Shown here piece by piece: positions 22,005-35,000 of a stretch of 52,033 nt of DNA. The notes under the pieces were generated by a model, which saw nothing but the letters and a program-made list of their open reading frames with translations, did not search any database and was not told the DNA's origin. The number at the start of each line of letters is the position of its first letter. Position 1 is the stretch's first letter. The DNA is taken from NCBI GenBank assembly GCA_002269645.1, contig NIVC01003074.1:1-52033 (forward strand). Direction: 5' to 3'. A program made the translations under genes and the position numbers. Source of the stretch: Macrostomum lignano (lineage: Eukaryota).

Positions 22005-25000
22005 CATTATGATTCTGGCTTAGTTACGTTGATTACGATACATATCGGCGAAACATGAATCGTTAAAATGTATCACCAGGCAGACTAAACACTAAAACTT
22101 TTTCATTTTCCTATTGTGCAGTTATTAATAGATTTGTTAAATACATTGTATGATTTATGGCATATATTTAACATCATATCTTTTTGTTGTCTTGTGTCTC
22201 AGCTTATAAATTATGTAGATTTCGCAATCTGATAAAGTGCTTATAACCATATAAGTTAGTGTGTTTTTATATTCTATCTCTGTTGCATTCATTTGCTTAT
22301 GTATAAATTTACTATTATCTATTATTAATTTACTTTATGAAATACAGCTGGACTAACTTAGTAAGTTTGCCTATTTGAGTGTGTTAGTCGATACACTTCC
22401 TCTAATTAGTGAAATTTCTATATTATTCAATGCAATTAACTCCAACTGTAGTTTTAATTCTAAAAAGTAATATATAAAATTTTGTCTACAATTTTCTACT
22501 ACAAGTAGGCTTTTACAATTTTTCCTTGGTAGCTTCGGCATTCCGAACAAAATCTAATACGAATTATCATCATTGTTTACTTTTCAAACTAAAGGTTGTA
22601 GTAAGTCTTTGTTGTTAATTAATTGAGAATTAAGTTTACCTTCTGTTTATAGGTTTAATTTAATTTAATTCAATCGAATTTTAAGCTTTTAAATTGTTAC
22701 ATTTTTTCAAGGTCTAATTCCAAATACGAGGTATTTTAGCTTGGATTTGCATTTTACCAATTAATTTTTTATATTGCTTTTGACTTTAAGGCTTTATCTG
22801 CTAACTTCGAATGTAGGTCTCTCAATTATTTGTCTGTTATGATAATAATATTTCCCAAACATTAATTACATTGCATCTACGAAACTATCCGTCCTTAATA
22901 ACAATACAAACGTTTTAACAAATGAAACAATGAATTTTAAGATTGCGCTTACTACAATTCGTCATGTTTGTTATAACTTCACCTTTTGTCCGCTTTTGCA
23001 ACATAATTTATGATTCGGCCAATGACTAATGATTTGCTGTGCATGTACATTAAAGTTGTTAATTAGTTATTTTGTCACCCATGTCAGCTTGTTTATCTAT
23101 TCTTGTTAATGAGTACATACAGGTTTAATCTATGCTTTTTTCATTTTATTGGATCTTTATTATAACTTTGTTAAAATCTAACGATGACGAAAGATTTTTG
23201 AATGGTTCCTAGTTTTTTAAATCTTATTTGTTTTAATTACTAGAAGCTGTAACTTATAGTTTGCTTTCGGTTATCTAGGCACAAGTTTCAGCTTTGCTCC
23301 GTTCTTCGTGCTCACCCTTTAGCTTTTGAGCTAACTTTTTACACATGCGTTTGCAAAAAATGTTATTCTTTGTTTAAATCGCTTTTTTCTTGATCACCGC
23401 GGAAGATTTTCACTTTTAAATACTGTTGTCTTTTTCATGAGTATTAATGTGCATAAAAGCAGCATATTGATCTTCTAACTGTCATGGTTATTATCAATAA
23501 TAACGGTTTTGCTTCTCATGGTGAGGTCTCTGACTTCGCTTCGATAGTACCATAAAAAGGTTAAGTTAGACTATTCGTGTTATTCGACAGACGTGTCGAT
23601 TAATTTCGAACTTAACTATTATGAAGACTAAATTTAAATACGGTAGTTGAATAGCTGTCTGTTTTTAACGTTAGTGGGACTTGAGCATGCAATTCGCTTT
23701 TTTAAGTGCTAACTGACTGCTTGCAAGAGAAATTGTAGACATTTTTTTCTGCAAAACTATCTTTCGAAGCATTCTCTCCCCATAATGCCAGCTGTGGCAA
23801 TTTTGACGGACAGGAAACCAATGTTGTTAAAGCTTTCGCTTGCTGCACATCCCTCAGGACTTAGCTGAGGCTGTTTGCTTTTTCCCTGAACAGATCTTCA
23901 CTTGCAGTCCAGTTTGGTTGAGTCGATCAAGTTACCCCAGTAGAGCATAAGGGGGTGTTTTTTGCTTGCCGTCACAGAAGCGACATGTGTTCAACGAGAG
24001 ACTCTTTGAGTCCATGGTTGGGTGGAGCTGAAGAGCAAACAAGTTCTCAGAGCTGAAGAGAAGTGCAAAAAATATTTTGCGAGAATAGCTACTTTCTTAC
24101 TGAGTATATCTAAAGTTCATAAGCGTAATCGCGTTAACTCCAATGCTTCCTCGGTTGCTACAAGGACGAGTTCGACACACCTTTGATCGGCTGTTGTCGC
24201 TAGCGTCATTACCGACATGACCGTGTGTAAATGCAGCGATATCTGCAGGGTCAAGGAGCTGTCGTACTTGGGACTAAAAAAAGGGGAAATTCCTACGAAT
24301 TTTCGAAGTCAAGTGAAGGCGCGTTACGACTATGAACTACATTCAAACCACAGGAAAATTAACTCTACCTTATAAAAATGAAAACTCTGAACCTTTCAAT
24401 TTGTTCACTATGGACTCCCAATCGTGTGAAATTTCGAGTCTCAAAGTTAATCCTAAACGATGCTGTGCACTTTAAAGTTAGTATTCTTTTTAGCGTAGCA
24501 ACCACCCCAACCTCCGCCTCTCTTTCAGAGTGGAAAAAGTGGTTTCAAAATTGACCTAACTTTTGGCTGCCATAAGTTTGCTCCACGTAAAGCGATTGAC
24601 TTCAAACTTGACACAATTATTAATTGACTCATTCTCTGTCTAAATGTGAAGTTTCAACTCTGTAACTTAATCAGAACAGAAACTGTAAGCATGTAAAGTT
24701 TGTCTGCTTTTTCTGTTGTTTGTGCCGCTCACCCAACTCATTTCCCCCAGACCAAGGGTCAGGCGACAGGGTTGAATGTACATAGCAAATGTACAGTGTT
24801 TTGGAATAGCTTCTTTTTATGGCCTTCTCTGCACCCCCGTGGAGAGGCGACGTTTAGCTGCGACACTTTAGTGAGGAATTCGAACCACTCTCCACTGTGT
24901 AGGCAACTCTGCTGCAGTTTAACAGTGGATGGCAAACCAAGGCAATGCGAGCTTTTCACAATTAGTGTTTGTTTGTTTGTTTTGTTTAGTTTAGTTGTTT

Positions 25001-25369
25001 TGTAAAACTAAAAGCGAAAAATTTATGAAAAAGCGATTACAATGTAATCCTACTAAATTAGTTACACCATGGAAATTTCAACAATAAGTTTCACTTAAGA
25101 GGTATTTCCTACAAAAACCGCATTTCCTTGGTTCGTAGACTGCTGCAGACTGCCGTGGAGCTGGAGATACACAAAACTCCTCCCAAGGCTGCAAATTGGC
25201 CAGAAAGATGACGTGATCAAAGCAGTCAGCAAACAGCCGACGGAATGAAACAACCATGACTGTCCATGAGAGTACTATGTCCCACAAACTGGCTTTCGAA
25301 GCAGGGGTCAGCAGACTTTCACCTCATAGCCAGATGAAGAATCCAGCTCGTGGCTGCGGGCCAGATGGA

Positions 25370-26220
25370 TGGGAGTGGGAAGGAGAAGGAATATATGATT
25401 ATAAAAGAGAGGAGAGGCAAGAGAGAAGATAAAAGAATAGATTGAAAAGTAAAAGAGAGAAGATCAGGGTAGCAAGGCGAAAGAGAGAGGATGGGAGAGA
25501 GAAGAGAGAAGGGGCGACAGGGAAGAGAAGGAAAGTGGGTAGAAATGAGAGGGCAAAGATGAGAGAGTAGAGAGGGGAGAAAAAGGGAGAAAGGGAGAAA
25601 GGGGAGAGATGTGAGAGAGGAGAAAAGATAGGAGAGAAGAGCGAGGAGAGACAAAGGGAGAAAGAAGTGGAGTGAGGAGAGACGAGAGAGAATATATACG
25701 AAAGTAGAGATGAGAAAGCAGAGAACGGATGAGAGGAGAGGTTAGAGAGAAGAGGGAAGATGAAAGATGAGAGAGCAAAGGGGAGAGGAGAGAAGAGAGG
25801 AGAGACGCAGACAACGGGAGAGAGAAGTGGAGTGAGGAGAGAGAGAATTGTGAGGACAGAGAATAGGGGGGAAAGAGAGAGTAGAAAGGGAGGAGAGAAA
25901 AGCAGAAAGAGAAAAGAGGAGAGAAGAGGGAAGTGTCGAGAGAGGGGAGAGTAAGGAGTGAGGAGTAAGAAGAGGGGAGAGAGAAAAGAGAGTAAAGAGA
26001 AGAGAGAAATGCGAGGAGATAAGAGAGTAGAGATAACAGGGAGAAAGGAGAAATGAGAGAGCAGAGACGAGAGGGAGGAGAGGGGAGGGAGAAGAGAGGA
26101 GAATAGAGAAGAGGGAAGAGACGAGAGAAGAGAGGAGAGAGGAAAGATGAGAGAGAAGAGAGGAAACGGAAGAGAAGATAGAAGTTTCAAATGATCCAAG
26201 GGATATAGAGAGAGGCAGAG
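25370..26220. repeat. Purine-rich (GA) low-complexity tract
   Basis: About 850 bp of almost only G and A on the + strand with no fixed period. The Leu/Ser/Phe/Pro ORFs on the minus strand are compositional artefacts. Confidence 0.93.
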
Positions 26221-26822
26221 GCATTGCCTATACAGACATTGCCTGACATTCTGCCAACTAGATCAATGCTTGCCTCAAATCTTAATTTTACGCAGATTTA
26301 CTTCATTTTTTGTTTACCTCTATCCTCACTATAAACAAGTTTTTGTTTGAGTATGACTTCAGATTTTAGAATACAAGCAAAAATAGTTCCGTGGATTGGA
26401 ATTCCAAGGGTTCAAATTCTGCGGGTTTCAACAGCTTGTGAAAAATAAAATTCTGAGTACAAGATCCAAAAATAAAAAGCAAACAGAATGAAAGCAACAC
26501 CATGAAAGAACTAGAAAAAATACATGTGAAAAATTAATAGATTACGAGCGTAAATATGCAATGTGGAAAAAGCAGGTGATCTTTGCAAAAGTAATCTTCT
26601 AAAACTGGTCGTAGACCTATTCAATAAGAAAGTCTAAAGTCGATGTAACTACGTATGTAAATTTGTTCAAAAAGTATGAAAAGTGTCAACACATGTGCAA
26701 ATTAAAGTAGAAACATCAATAAATATGACAAATTTCATGACAAATCTAGAGGCAAAGTCAAAGGCATCATTTAATAAATGACTAAAAATAGAACTTTCTA
26801 TAGGTCACAAAGCAGTGACACC

Positions 26823-27090
26823 CAGGGGCGTAGCCAGAGGGGGGGGGCAAGGGGGGCCGTGGCCCCCCCCCCAATCACCAACTCTGGCCATGGCGCCCCC
26901 CCCCTAAAAGAAACTGGCGCCTTCCCCCCCCTAGAAGAAACTGGCGCCCCCCCCCTAAAAGAAACTGGCGCCTTCCCCCCCCTAAAAAGAAACTGCCCCC
27001 CCCCTAAAAGAAACTGGTGCCCCCCTATAAGAAGCTGGCGCCCCCTAACTCACGGCCCCCCCCCAATCAAAATTCCTGCCTACGCCCCTG
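26823..27090. mobile_element. hAT-type MITE (268 bp) with 8-bp TSD
   Basis: TIRs CAGGGGCGTAG (26823) and CTACGCCCCTG (ends 27090). Identical flanking 8-mers GTGACACC at 26815-26822 and 27091-27098; an 8-bp TSD is characteristic of hAT elements. Internal ~22-bp repeats GGCGCCCCCCCCCTAAAAGAAACT. Confidence 0.88.
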
Positions 27091-27370
27091 GTGACACCTT
27101 AGTAAAAAAGTCCATTCTAATCTTTAAAAAGTTGTATCCTTGGGCCTAGCTAAAATATCCCTATCAGTCACTTGATAGTAAATAATGTTAGTAAAAAATC
27201 GCACCAAGTTCTAACTGAAATCTACGCACACAGCAACACACTATAAAAATGTTCAAATGCAAAAAAAAATTATCAAAGAAAAGATCATGCTTCAAAAAAG
27301 TACACTATACATTATACACTACACAAAATTATACACAAAAGTACACTATACTATACACTATACTTTTTTC

Positions 27371-27592
27371 TAGACACTATATTTCTATCTAGACTGTCTG
27401 TCTGTCTAGACACTAGACACTATTTTTCTATCTAGACTGTCTGTCTGTCTAGACACTAGACACTATTTTTCTATCTAGACTGTCTGTCTGTCTAGACACT
27501 AGACACTGTTTTTCTATCTAGACTGTCTGTCTGTCTATAGACACTAGACACTATTTTTCTATCTAGACTGTCTGTCTGTCTAGACACTATAT
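27371..27592. repeat. 43-bp minisatellite, ~5 copies
   Basis: Unit TAGACACTAGACACTATTTTTCTATCTAGACTGTCTGTCTGTC. Confidence 0.93.
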
Positions 27593-28844
27593 TTTCGGCC
27601 ACTGGATAAGTAGAATCCCTCAAATTGACACTTCGGGCTGCGACTTGTCAAGCTCTTCTGAAGGAGCCCAACGCCTTCTAGATACATGTAATCTGTTGTA
27701 GTCAGGCTATCGATTAAAGATAAAATGTTGGTGACTGTGCTGACAGCCTTCAGACACAGGAAGTCAGGCGGCGCTGCTGCAGCTCTCGCCACTAGGAACT
27801 TATGAAACTTATGCAGTCATCGAGAGACAGTCGTCCACTACAATTCCCCAACGTGCACCCTGACTTGGGCGCCGTAGCCTACACCGAACTGTTACGTGCT
27901 TACTCCGCTGTCCACTTCTCTGGTGGTACGGAGCAACCCGGACACGCAGAAGTCAAGGACACCGGCAAACTTTTTTGTCTTTGCGCACCTCTCTTGCTGT
28001 GCATCTAGTCGCCAGCCCTTCGATTCAAAGATTGCGCCGGAAGGTCGGACAAAATTCTACAAGATCATTGCACACCTGTGCGCCAATCAGCAATGGGCCA
28101 AATTTAATCAGCACGTCAAGCGCATGTGTTTACATCAGCTCTGACTACAGCGGCCGTACCGGAACTCATCTGGACCTTCAAAAAGTGGCATCGGTGACTA
28201 TGGACTAGGGAAAAGGTATAATAAGAGGAGCTTAAAACTGTTTTTAAGAGGAAAAAAATAGAAACAGGAGATCAAGTCTTGAATATTTAGCCTTCCTTGG
28301 CTTCAGTGTGAATGTCTCTAATCAATACAATATAGGTTTGAATCTCAAAGCCAGAAAAAATGCAGACCAAAAAATTCATTGTCAATATAGGGGAAAAAAT
28401 AAAAAATTGAAAAGTCAAGAAAACTGTCCTCAAAAATTCTACTTGGACAGCAAACAGTTTGCCTTCTTCGCCTTGGATCGAGCAGCTGCCGAGCGGCTCT
28501 GAAATCAGTGGGGTGGGGGCCGTCGGACCTCGAACGAACCTCTGCAAGACATGAGCGAGAAAGCGAAAAAAAGTTTACCACCCCAAGTCGCACAGAGAGT
28601 TTTCGTTGAGACGGCTAGCTGGCTTGACTTTTCTTTTCAGCAACTAACCTGAAACAAGCCTCTGGCCGTGAGCCGTGAGCACTGACCAACAGATGCTCAG
28701 TGAGAGAACTGCGACTCTGTCATTTCTGCATTTTTTCTAGAAATTCAAAGATCAGCAATTTTTTAGAAAAAGTTAACTGAGAAGTATCAGTTGGACGAAA
28801 TAGCAATCGATCACTAAATTCACGCCCACGTGCCCTGAATACTC

Positions 28845-28850
28845 TATAAA
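28845..28850 (+). promoter_or_regulatory. Candidate TATA box of the WSC/lectin gene
   Basis: CTCTATAAATAAG about 105 nt upstream of the signal-peptide ATG at 28954. Positional inference only. Confidence 0.4.
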
Positions 28851-28953
28851 TAAGGTGTCAGTTTTTAGGCCAAATCTTCGCTTCTAAATTTCTTGCGAGA
28901 TCGGCAAGAAAGTTACTACCTGCGATTTGATTGGCAACAACAGGCAAACTAAA

Positions 28954-29011
28954 ATGGCGTGCAAAGGCTGGCTATTGATGGCTGCGTGCCTTCTGCATGT
29001 GCTGTCTCAAG
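28954..29011 (+). CDS. Exon 1, signal peptide MACKGWLLMAACLLHVLSQ
   Basis: aaaATG, hydrophobic core, donor G|GTGAGT in phase 1. Joins exon 29528 to give ...VLSQAHS-YRYIGCFVD. Confidence 0.85.
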
Positions 29012-32000
29012 GTGAGTGACCTCCGCCAGCACTGAAAGGCCTATGTAGCACCATTATTCAAGCTAGTTAACATCCAATTATTTGTTTGTTACTTCTCTTG
29101 TGTATTGATATAATACGTAATATTCCGTAGAATCACACTGTCGTCTATGACCATTGCATCAGAATTGCTTCTGATGTCTATGGCAGCGTTAACTTGAGAA
29201 ACACAGGTCAACAAGCCAGCTGAGAACCAACAGCGGTTCTCCTTTACCTCTAGCTTTACCCGCTTTCTTTCCATAGCAATCGCTAGAACTGACAGTAAAT
29301 TGCCAATTAACAACATGAGCATTTTGCTTCTTCATCAATTGGTTACTCTACTCGCGAGTGCTGCAAGTGAAACCTCATAGTGTCCATGCAGTAGCATAAC
29401 CCAAATTAATCGGCAATTTTCGGCACAAAAGACACATAAACGAGTTCAAACGAGAATGCATTATACAATCAACCAATTATCCTAATACCTAAACGCAATT
29501 CACTAACATTACTACATTCCTATGCAGCGCATTCCTACCGCTACATCGGGTGCTTTGTGGACAAAGGCAAACGGGATCTGCCGGTACTGGGCGGAACTGG
29601 ACACATGTACGCGGGTAAGTGCGACCGGCTCTGCCGCAAAAGGAACTACCGCTACTTCGGTCTGCAGTACTCCAAAGAGTGCTGGTGCGGCAACAGCTAC
29701 GGCAAGTACGGAGCGCGTCGGTCCAGTGAGTGCCGGATGCGCTGCAGCGGCAGCCGAGGCTCTTACTGCGGCTCAAGCTGGCGCAACAGCATCTACGCGA
29801 CCACCAAGCCAAGTGAGTCGGGGCTGAATGGCAAACCAGCGGTCCCGTTCAGTCTGTTGTGCAAGGCGCTTTGCCATAGCGAAAAATTCGGCCATAGAAC
29901 GATTAACGACAATAAAATAGCCAAAGTTATCTAAAGATTCGACTGCCAGTAAACAGTCTGTAATAACATATACAGTTCTTAGTGGATCGCGCAGCTAAAG
30001 CTTTACTGCCGCATTTTCTGATTTAATTGAATACGTCGTAGATCAACCCATGTGACATCGGTTTAAATTATGTTTGTTAAACTAGACTTTAAAAATTGCA
30101 CACTTGTTAAAAACACAGCTCCAGGAATGCGATTCGTCGGCTGCTACATCGACAAGAAAAAGCGAGACCTACCAGTGATGGCCGGCTCCGGCTCGATGAG
30201 CATCCCGAAGTGCTACCGACTGTGCAGAGCAAAGAGATACGCCTACTTCGGTGTGCAGTACAGCAAGGAGTGCTGGTGCGGAAACAGCTACGGCAAGTAC
30301 GGAAAGAGATCCAAGTCCGAGTGCAGGATGAAATGCTCAGGTAACAGGTCGACCTTCTGCGGTTCGAGCTGGAGAAACAGCATCTACACCACTGGACTGC
30401 CAGCTCGAAGACGACCAAGAGTATGTAAGTGATACAACGCTCACTGACCAGCTAAGTTAGCAAATTTATTGAATTATTCTTCTTTTGGCATCATACTTGT
30501 CCAAAATTTTAGCCGCTATGCAATGACGTATTTACAAATTCTTGCTTTAAATTTAATTATCGTGCTTTTACAACCAAAAGAAAGCCTTTATACGCCGCCG
30601 TTGAAAGTCCAAATAGTATTTTCGTCAAAAGTGCACGTGATCAAATGTACACGATTTCAGCGAGGCTGCCTCTGTCCAGATGCTCGCAGCACTCCGTCGG
30701 TTGGAACGGTAAATGCAGTAGAGCCATCGATGGAAACACAAACCAAAACTATGGAAAGAAATCCTGCACCCACACCCGCACTGCGACCGGCGCCTGGTGG
30801 CAGGCGAGGACAAGCAGACGTGCCAGAATCACATCCGTCAGAATCTACAACAGGCGGGACTGTTGCGCCAACAGACTCAGGAACTTTGTGATCAAGGTCG
30901 ACGGTCGAGTGTGCGCGTCCTACCGCTCGTCGAGAGCGTTCTCTGTGAGGACGTTCAGGTGCAACGCAGTTGGTCGCACAGTCCGCATCCAGACGAGGAA
31001 TCGAGTACCGCTGACTCTGTGCGAAGTGCAAGTGTTCGGACGTTATGTAGGACGCACTCCAAAGCCGTCACGAGGTGAGTTTCTGTATTTTTAACTGGGA
31101 ATGTGAGATTAATTTCGGCTTTACTTGCACCACTGTTAATCTGTATGTTTCGTTGAATTTTCTTTGTTCAGTTTTTTGTTTAATTGATCACCGAAGCATT
31201 TCAAACAAAGCCAGTTTATGAAATTGAATTATAATTTTAGCTTGTCCAGCTGGGACGAAGGTGAAGCGAATCTCACGTCGTACCTGTTCTTGCAAGCCCG
31301 CGCCGGAGGAGCGACGGCTCGGTTCTCTCGTCTTCGTCATCGACATAACAGGCAGCATGGGCAGGGTGATCAACGCCGTTCGGAGGAACATCCGAAAGAT
31401 TCTCGCTGCAAACAGGCGCTTCAGTAACTACGTTGTCGCTACTTTCGGCGACCCTTATGTGAAGAACATGAAGAAGACCAAAGACGCTCGACAGGTGATT
31501 CGATTTCTCAATCGGCTTCGAGCATCCGGAGGTGGCGACTGTGCGGAGATGGCCATGTCTGGCGCACTGGACGCCGCAGCAGCTGCTGACCGCAACTCTG
31601 TCATGATGCTGTTCACCGACGCCTCGGCCAAGGACGCCCGACTGAAGGGTCGCGTATCGGCCAGGCTGAGGTCGAAAGGAATCAGGTTGTACACTGTCGC
31701 GAGCGGCAACCTTTGTCGGCGAGGCAGCGGACTTTACAAATCGTTGGCGAGAGGCTCAGGTGGCTACGTGGCGAGCCTGCGCTCCAGCTACTTCAACAAG
31801 GCAAGGGTTATATTTAATGACTTCTATTGTATACAGGGGGCTTTCGGCATTGTTATAATGTAAGGTCAGATGTAAACAAGCGAGGAGAAAATCGGTTATG
31901 CTTAATACCGGTACGTTAAACATTCAGCACAAAAAGGTACGTAAGCACGTAGGTACAGAATCTGAAGGGGTGGACACCTGTCTTTAGTTTGTCGTAGCCA

Positions 32001-35000
32001 GTCCTGTCTATTTTGTTCGATGGGTTGACCCTTACTGATATTAATAGCAGGAGAAGGGACAAGGCCTTTTTGTGCATGAGCCGCTAGTTACTGAGGCCGC
32101 GTACTAAATCGAGACCGTCTGCGTTTCATCTTTGCTTTGGCCAGTGTTTGTGCTTTTAAAAAAACGAATATAGTCCGAAAAATAGAAAAAATTGCTTAGT
32201 TTCATATTAGCTAAATTTTCTGAAAGGGCGTGGTTCAGCATGCTTTTTTTCTTTTCAATTGCAGCAAAGTGTTTAATGTCTAAAGTGTCTAGTGTGGCAG
32301 ACTTTTTTGTTATTCTTTTTTAGTTTAAAATACCTGACGACACTGTCTAGGTCATTAAAATGTTGCAGCCTCGCTGATTTTCACTTTGATTTATCAGTAA
32401 TCCTTTAATTACGTATTAACCTTCCTCCGTCTTTTTCAGCTGATGGAGTTTGTCAGGCGAGCAGCCAGTGGAAAAATGAGCTTCAGTGCCTTCCCAGCAA
32501 ACGCGGCAGCGCTAAACAAAGCTCTTCGAGGCCGTAAGCAAGAATTAGTTAATTTACAAAAAATATTTGTAGGCTTAGCCTTGAAAACCAATCATCAGGA
32601 TCTTACTAATACTCTTTGCAGGTTGCCGCTGTCGAAATATCAATCGTCGAATCTGTGTGCGAAATGGTGAGAACTGCAAGACCGTTTTGTAAAATATAAA
32701 TCATTTATTTGAAGCTCCACTGCACCTAATTTTCCGGACAATTCTTAGTGAAATAGATGCATTAATTGACTCAAAGAACTAAAGCAACAGGTGGACAACA
32801 AACACAAAATCGCAAAAACAAACCCACTAGCGAAATTGCAAGAGTCGCATAATTTTGGTGCAAAAAAATCCGATTGTGTTTTAACTGGAACCTATAGTAA
32901 TTTAAATTATGTTCATATATTTTATTCACTAAGTCTTCCATCCGCGGCAACTCATCCTGCTAGTAGTTTTCGCAGACTTGGAACTCATTTCACTTCAAAG
33001 ATCTGTTCTTTATCGCGTGTGTGCTCACCGAAATCTTGTAAATTTTGCAAGCAATGCTTGATAGTTGCCTCTGTCTTGCGACCTTTCATCACGGACTACT
33101 CTACTCGGAAAGGATACTACACAAAAAACAACCTCACATGATACTGCTATACGCATGCGTCTTGCTCAGCTTATTCTTCTCGGAAAGGATCCTCCCGATG
33201 TGTTGTAAATAGGCTTCTGCTTGGTATGTCTCGCTCGCGACTTGTCCACAACTACTGGATTGCCTGCAAGAATGTTGATGGGATCTGCTTTGTTCTTGAG
33301 CTATTTAGAAGCCTGTTAGAGGATATAAGTTTGCTACACAAGCACTGGGCCCTTGCGAGATGTGAGCCTTCTACAGAAGCAGCAACTTGTTAGCTCAGTG
33401 TGTTTTGTTGCAGCCCAGAAGGTGCAACGACCAGGTGACCAACCTAGGTCGGCAGCAAAATAAACAGCTGCTGATGGAGTTGGTCAGGCAAAAAAATTAC
33501 CGCTGTTCTGCATTAGCCGACGCGCCTGCCACAGAATGCCACACTGTCGAGTTTGCAATAACGCTTAGTGCAGAAGCGAACTGATTTTCCTGCATCATAT
33601 TAAACAAGTAGACAACGATTGTGAATTGAGCCAAACTGCTACTCACAAGGGCATTAATTCGCCTTGCTCTCTCCTTCACTTTCTATCTAGTTTCTTTTAT
33701 TTGCCTCTTACAGCATTTTCCTTGTAACTTTCCGTATATACTTTTAAATCACCCAATCTATGCAACTAAAGTAATGTAGCTCTAGCAAAGGTTCATTGCC
33801 TAATTCCGTTCACTTGCATGTAAGTTAAAGAAACCGGGCAGCTAACTACCAACAATTAAAAACAAAAAAAATTTGGGCCGAAAATCTCAAAACTTAGATT
33901 TGCTTTTAAGATATAGCAACTAGGATCATGTGAAAACAACTGTGACATGATTTACGATATCAGAATAAGTCAAAATCAATACGAAAAGAAACTCAGAAAA
34001 CCGGAATTTCACAGAAAACCGTTGCCCAAATTTAAAATCAGTTCACTGCAGAATGGCGCAACCCACCCTTATAAACAATTTCCAATATTAAAAAAATTTC
34101 ATTATGTCTCCTTACGTCTCCAGTTTCAGCGAGGCTGCCTCTGTCCAGATGCTCGCAGCACTCCGTCGGTTGGAACGGTAAATGCAGTAGAGCCATCGAT
34201 GGAAACACGAACCAAAACTATGGAAAGAAATCCTGCACCCACACCCGCACTGCGACCGGCGCCTGGTGGCAGGCGAGGACAAGCAGACGTGCCAGAATCA
34301 CATCCGTCAGAATCTACAACAGGCGGGACTGTTGCGCCAACAGACTCAGGAACTTTGTGATCAAGGTCGACGGTCGAGTGTGCGCGTCCTACCGCTCGTC
34401 GAGAGCGTTCTCTGTGAGGACGTTCAGGTGCAACGCAGTTGGTCGCACAGTCCGCATCCAGACGAGGAATCGAGTACCGCTGACTCTGTGCGAAGTGCAA
34501 GTGTTTGGACGTTATGCTAAAGGCCGATCGCGAAGCAGAAGTAAGAACAAAATAACCCTTTGCTCTTTGTATGACTTTAAAGTAGATTTCTATAGGCATT
34601 TCGTCGCCGAAATACAAGCTAAATATTTACCTCCTTTAAATCCTTTTAGCTCCGGGAATGCGATTCGTCGGCTGCTACATCGACAAGAAAAAGCGAGACC
34701 TACCAGTGATGGCCGGCTCCGGCTCGATGAGCATCCCGAAGTGCTACCGACTGTGCAGAGCAAAGAGATACGCCTACTTCGGTGTGCAGTACAGCAAGGA
34801 GTGCTGGTGCGGAAACAGCTACGGCAAGTACGGAAAGAGATCCAAGTCCGAGTGCAGGATGAAATGCTCGGGTAAAAAGTCCACCTTCTGCGGATCGAGC
34901 TGGAGAAACAGCATCTACACCACTGGACTGCCAGCTCGAAGACGACCAAGAGTATGTAAGTGATACAACGCTAACTGTCTAAAACTGAGTAGCAGATGTA

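Noticed and set aside
27700-28210. GC- and CpG-rich patch with several short overlapping ORFs
   Set aside because: No continuous frame, splice structure or recognisable motif; it may be a pseudogene or TE fragment but cannot be supported.
32700-34124. Possible insertion enlarging the intron before FTP b
   Set aside because: No TIR, TSD, LTR or coding motif could be identified by eye.
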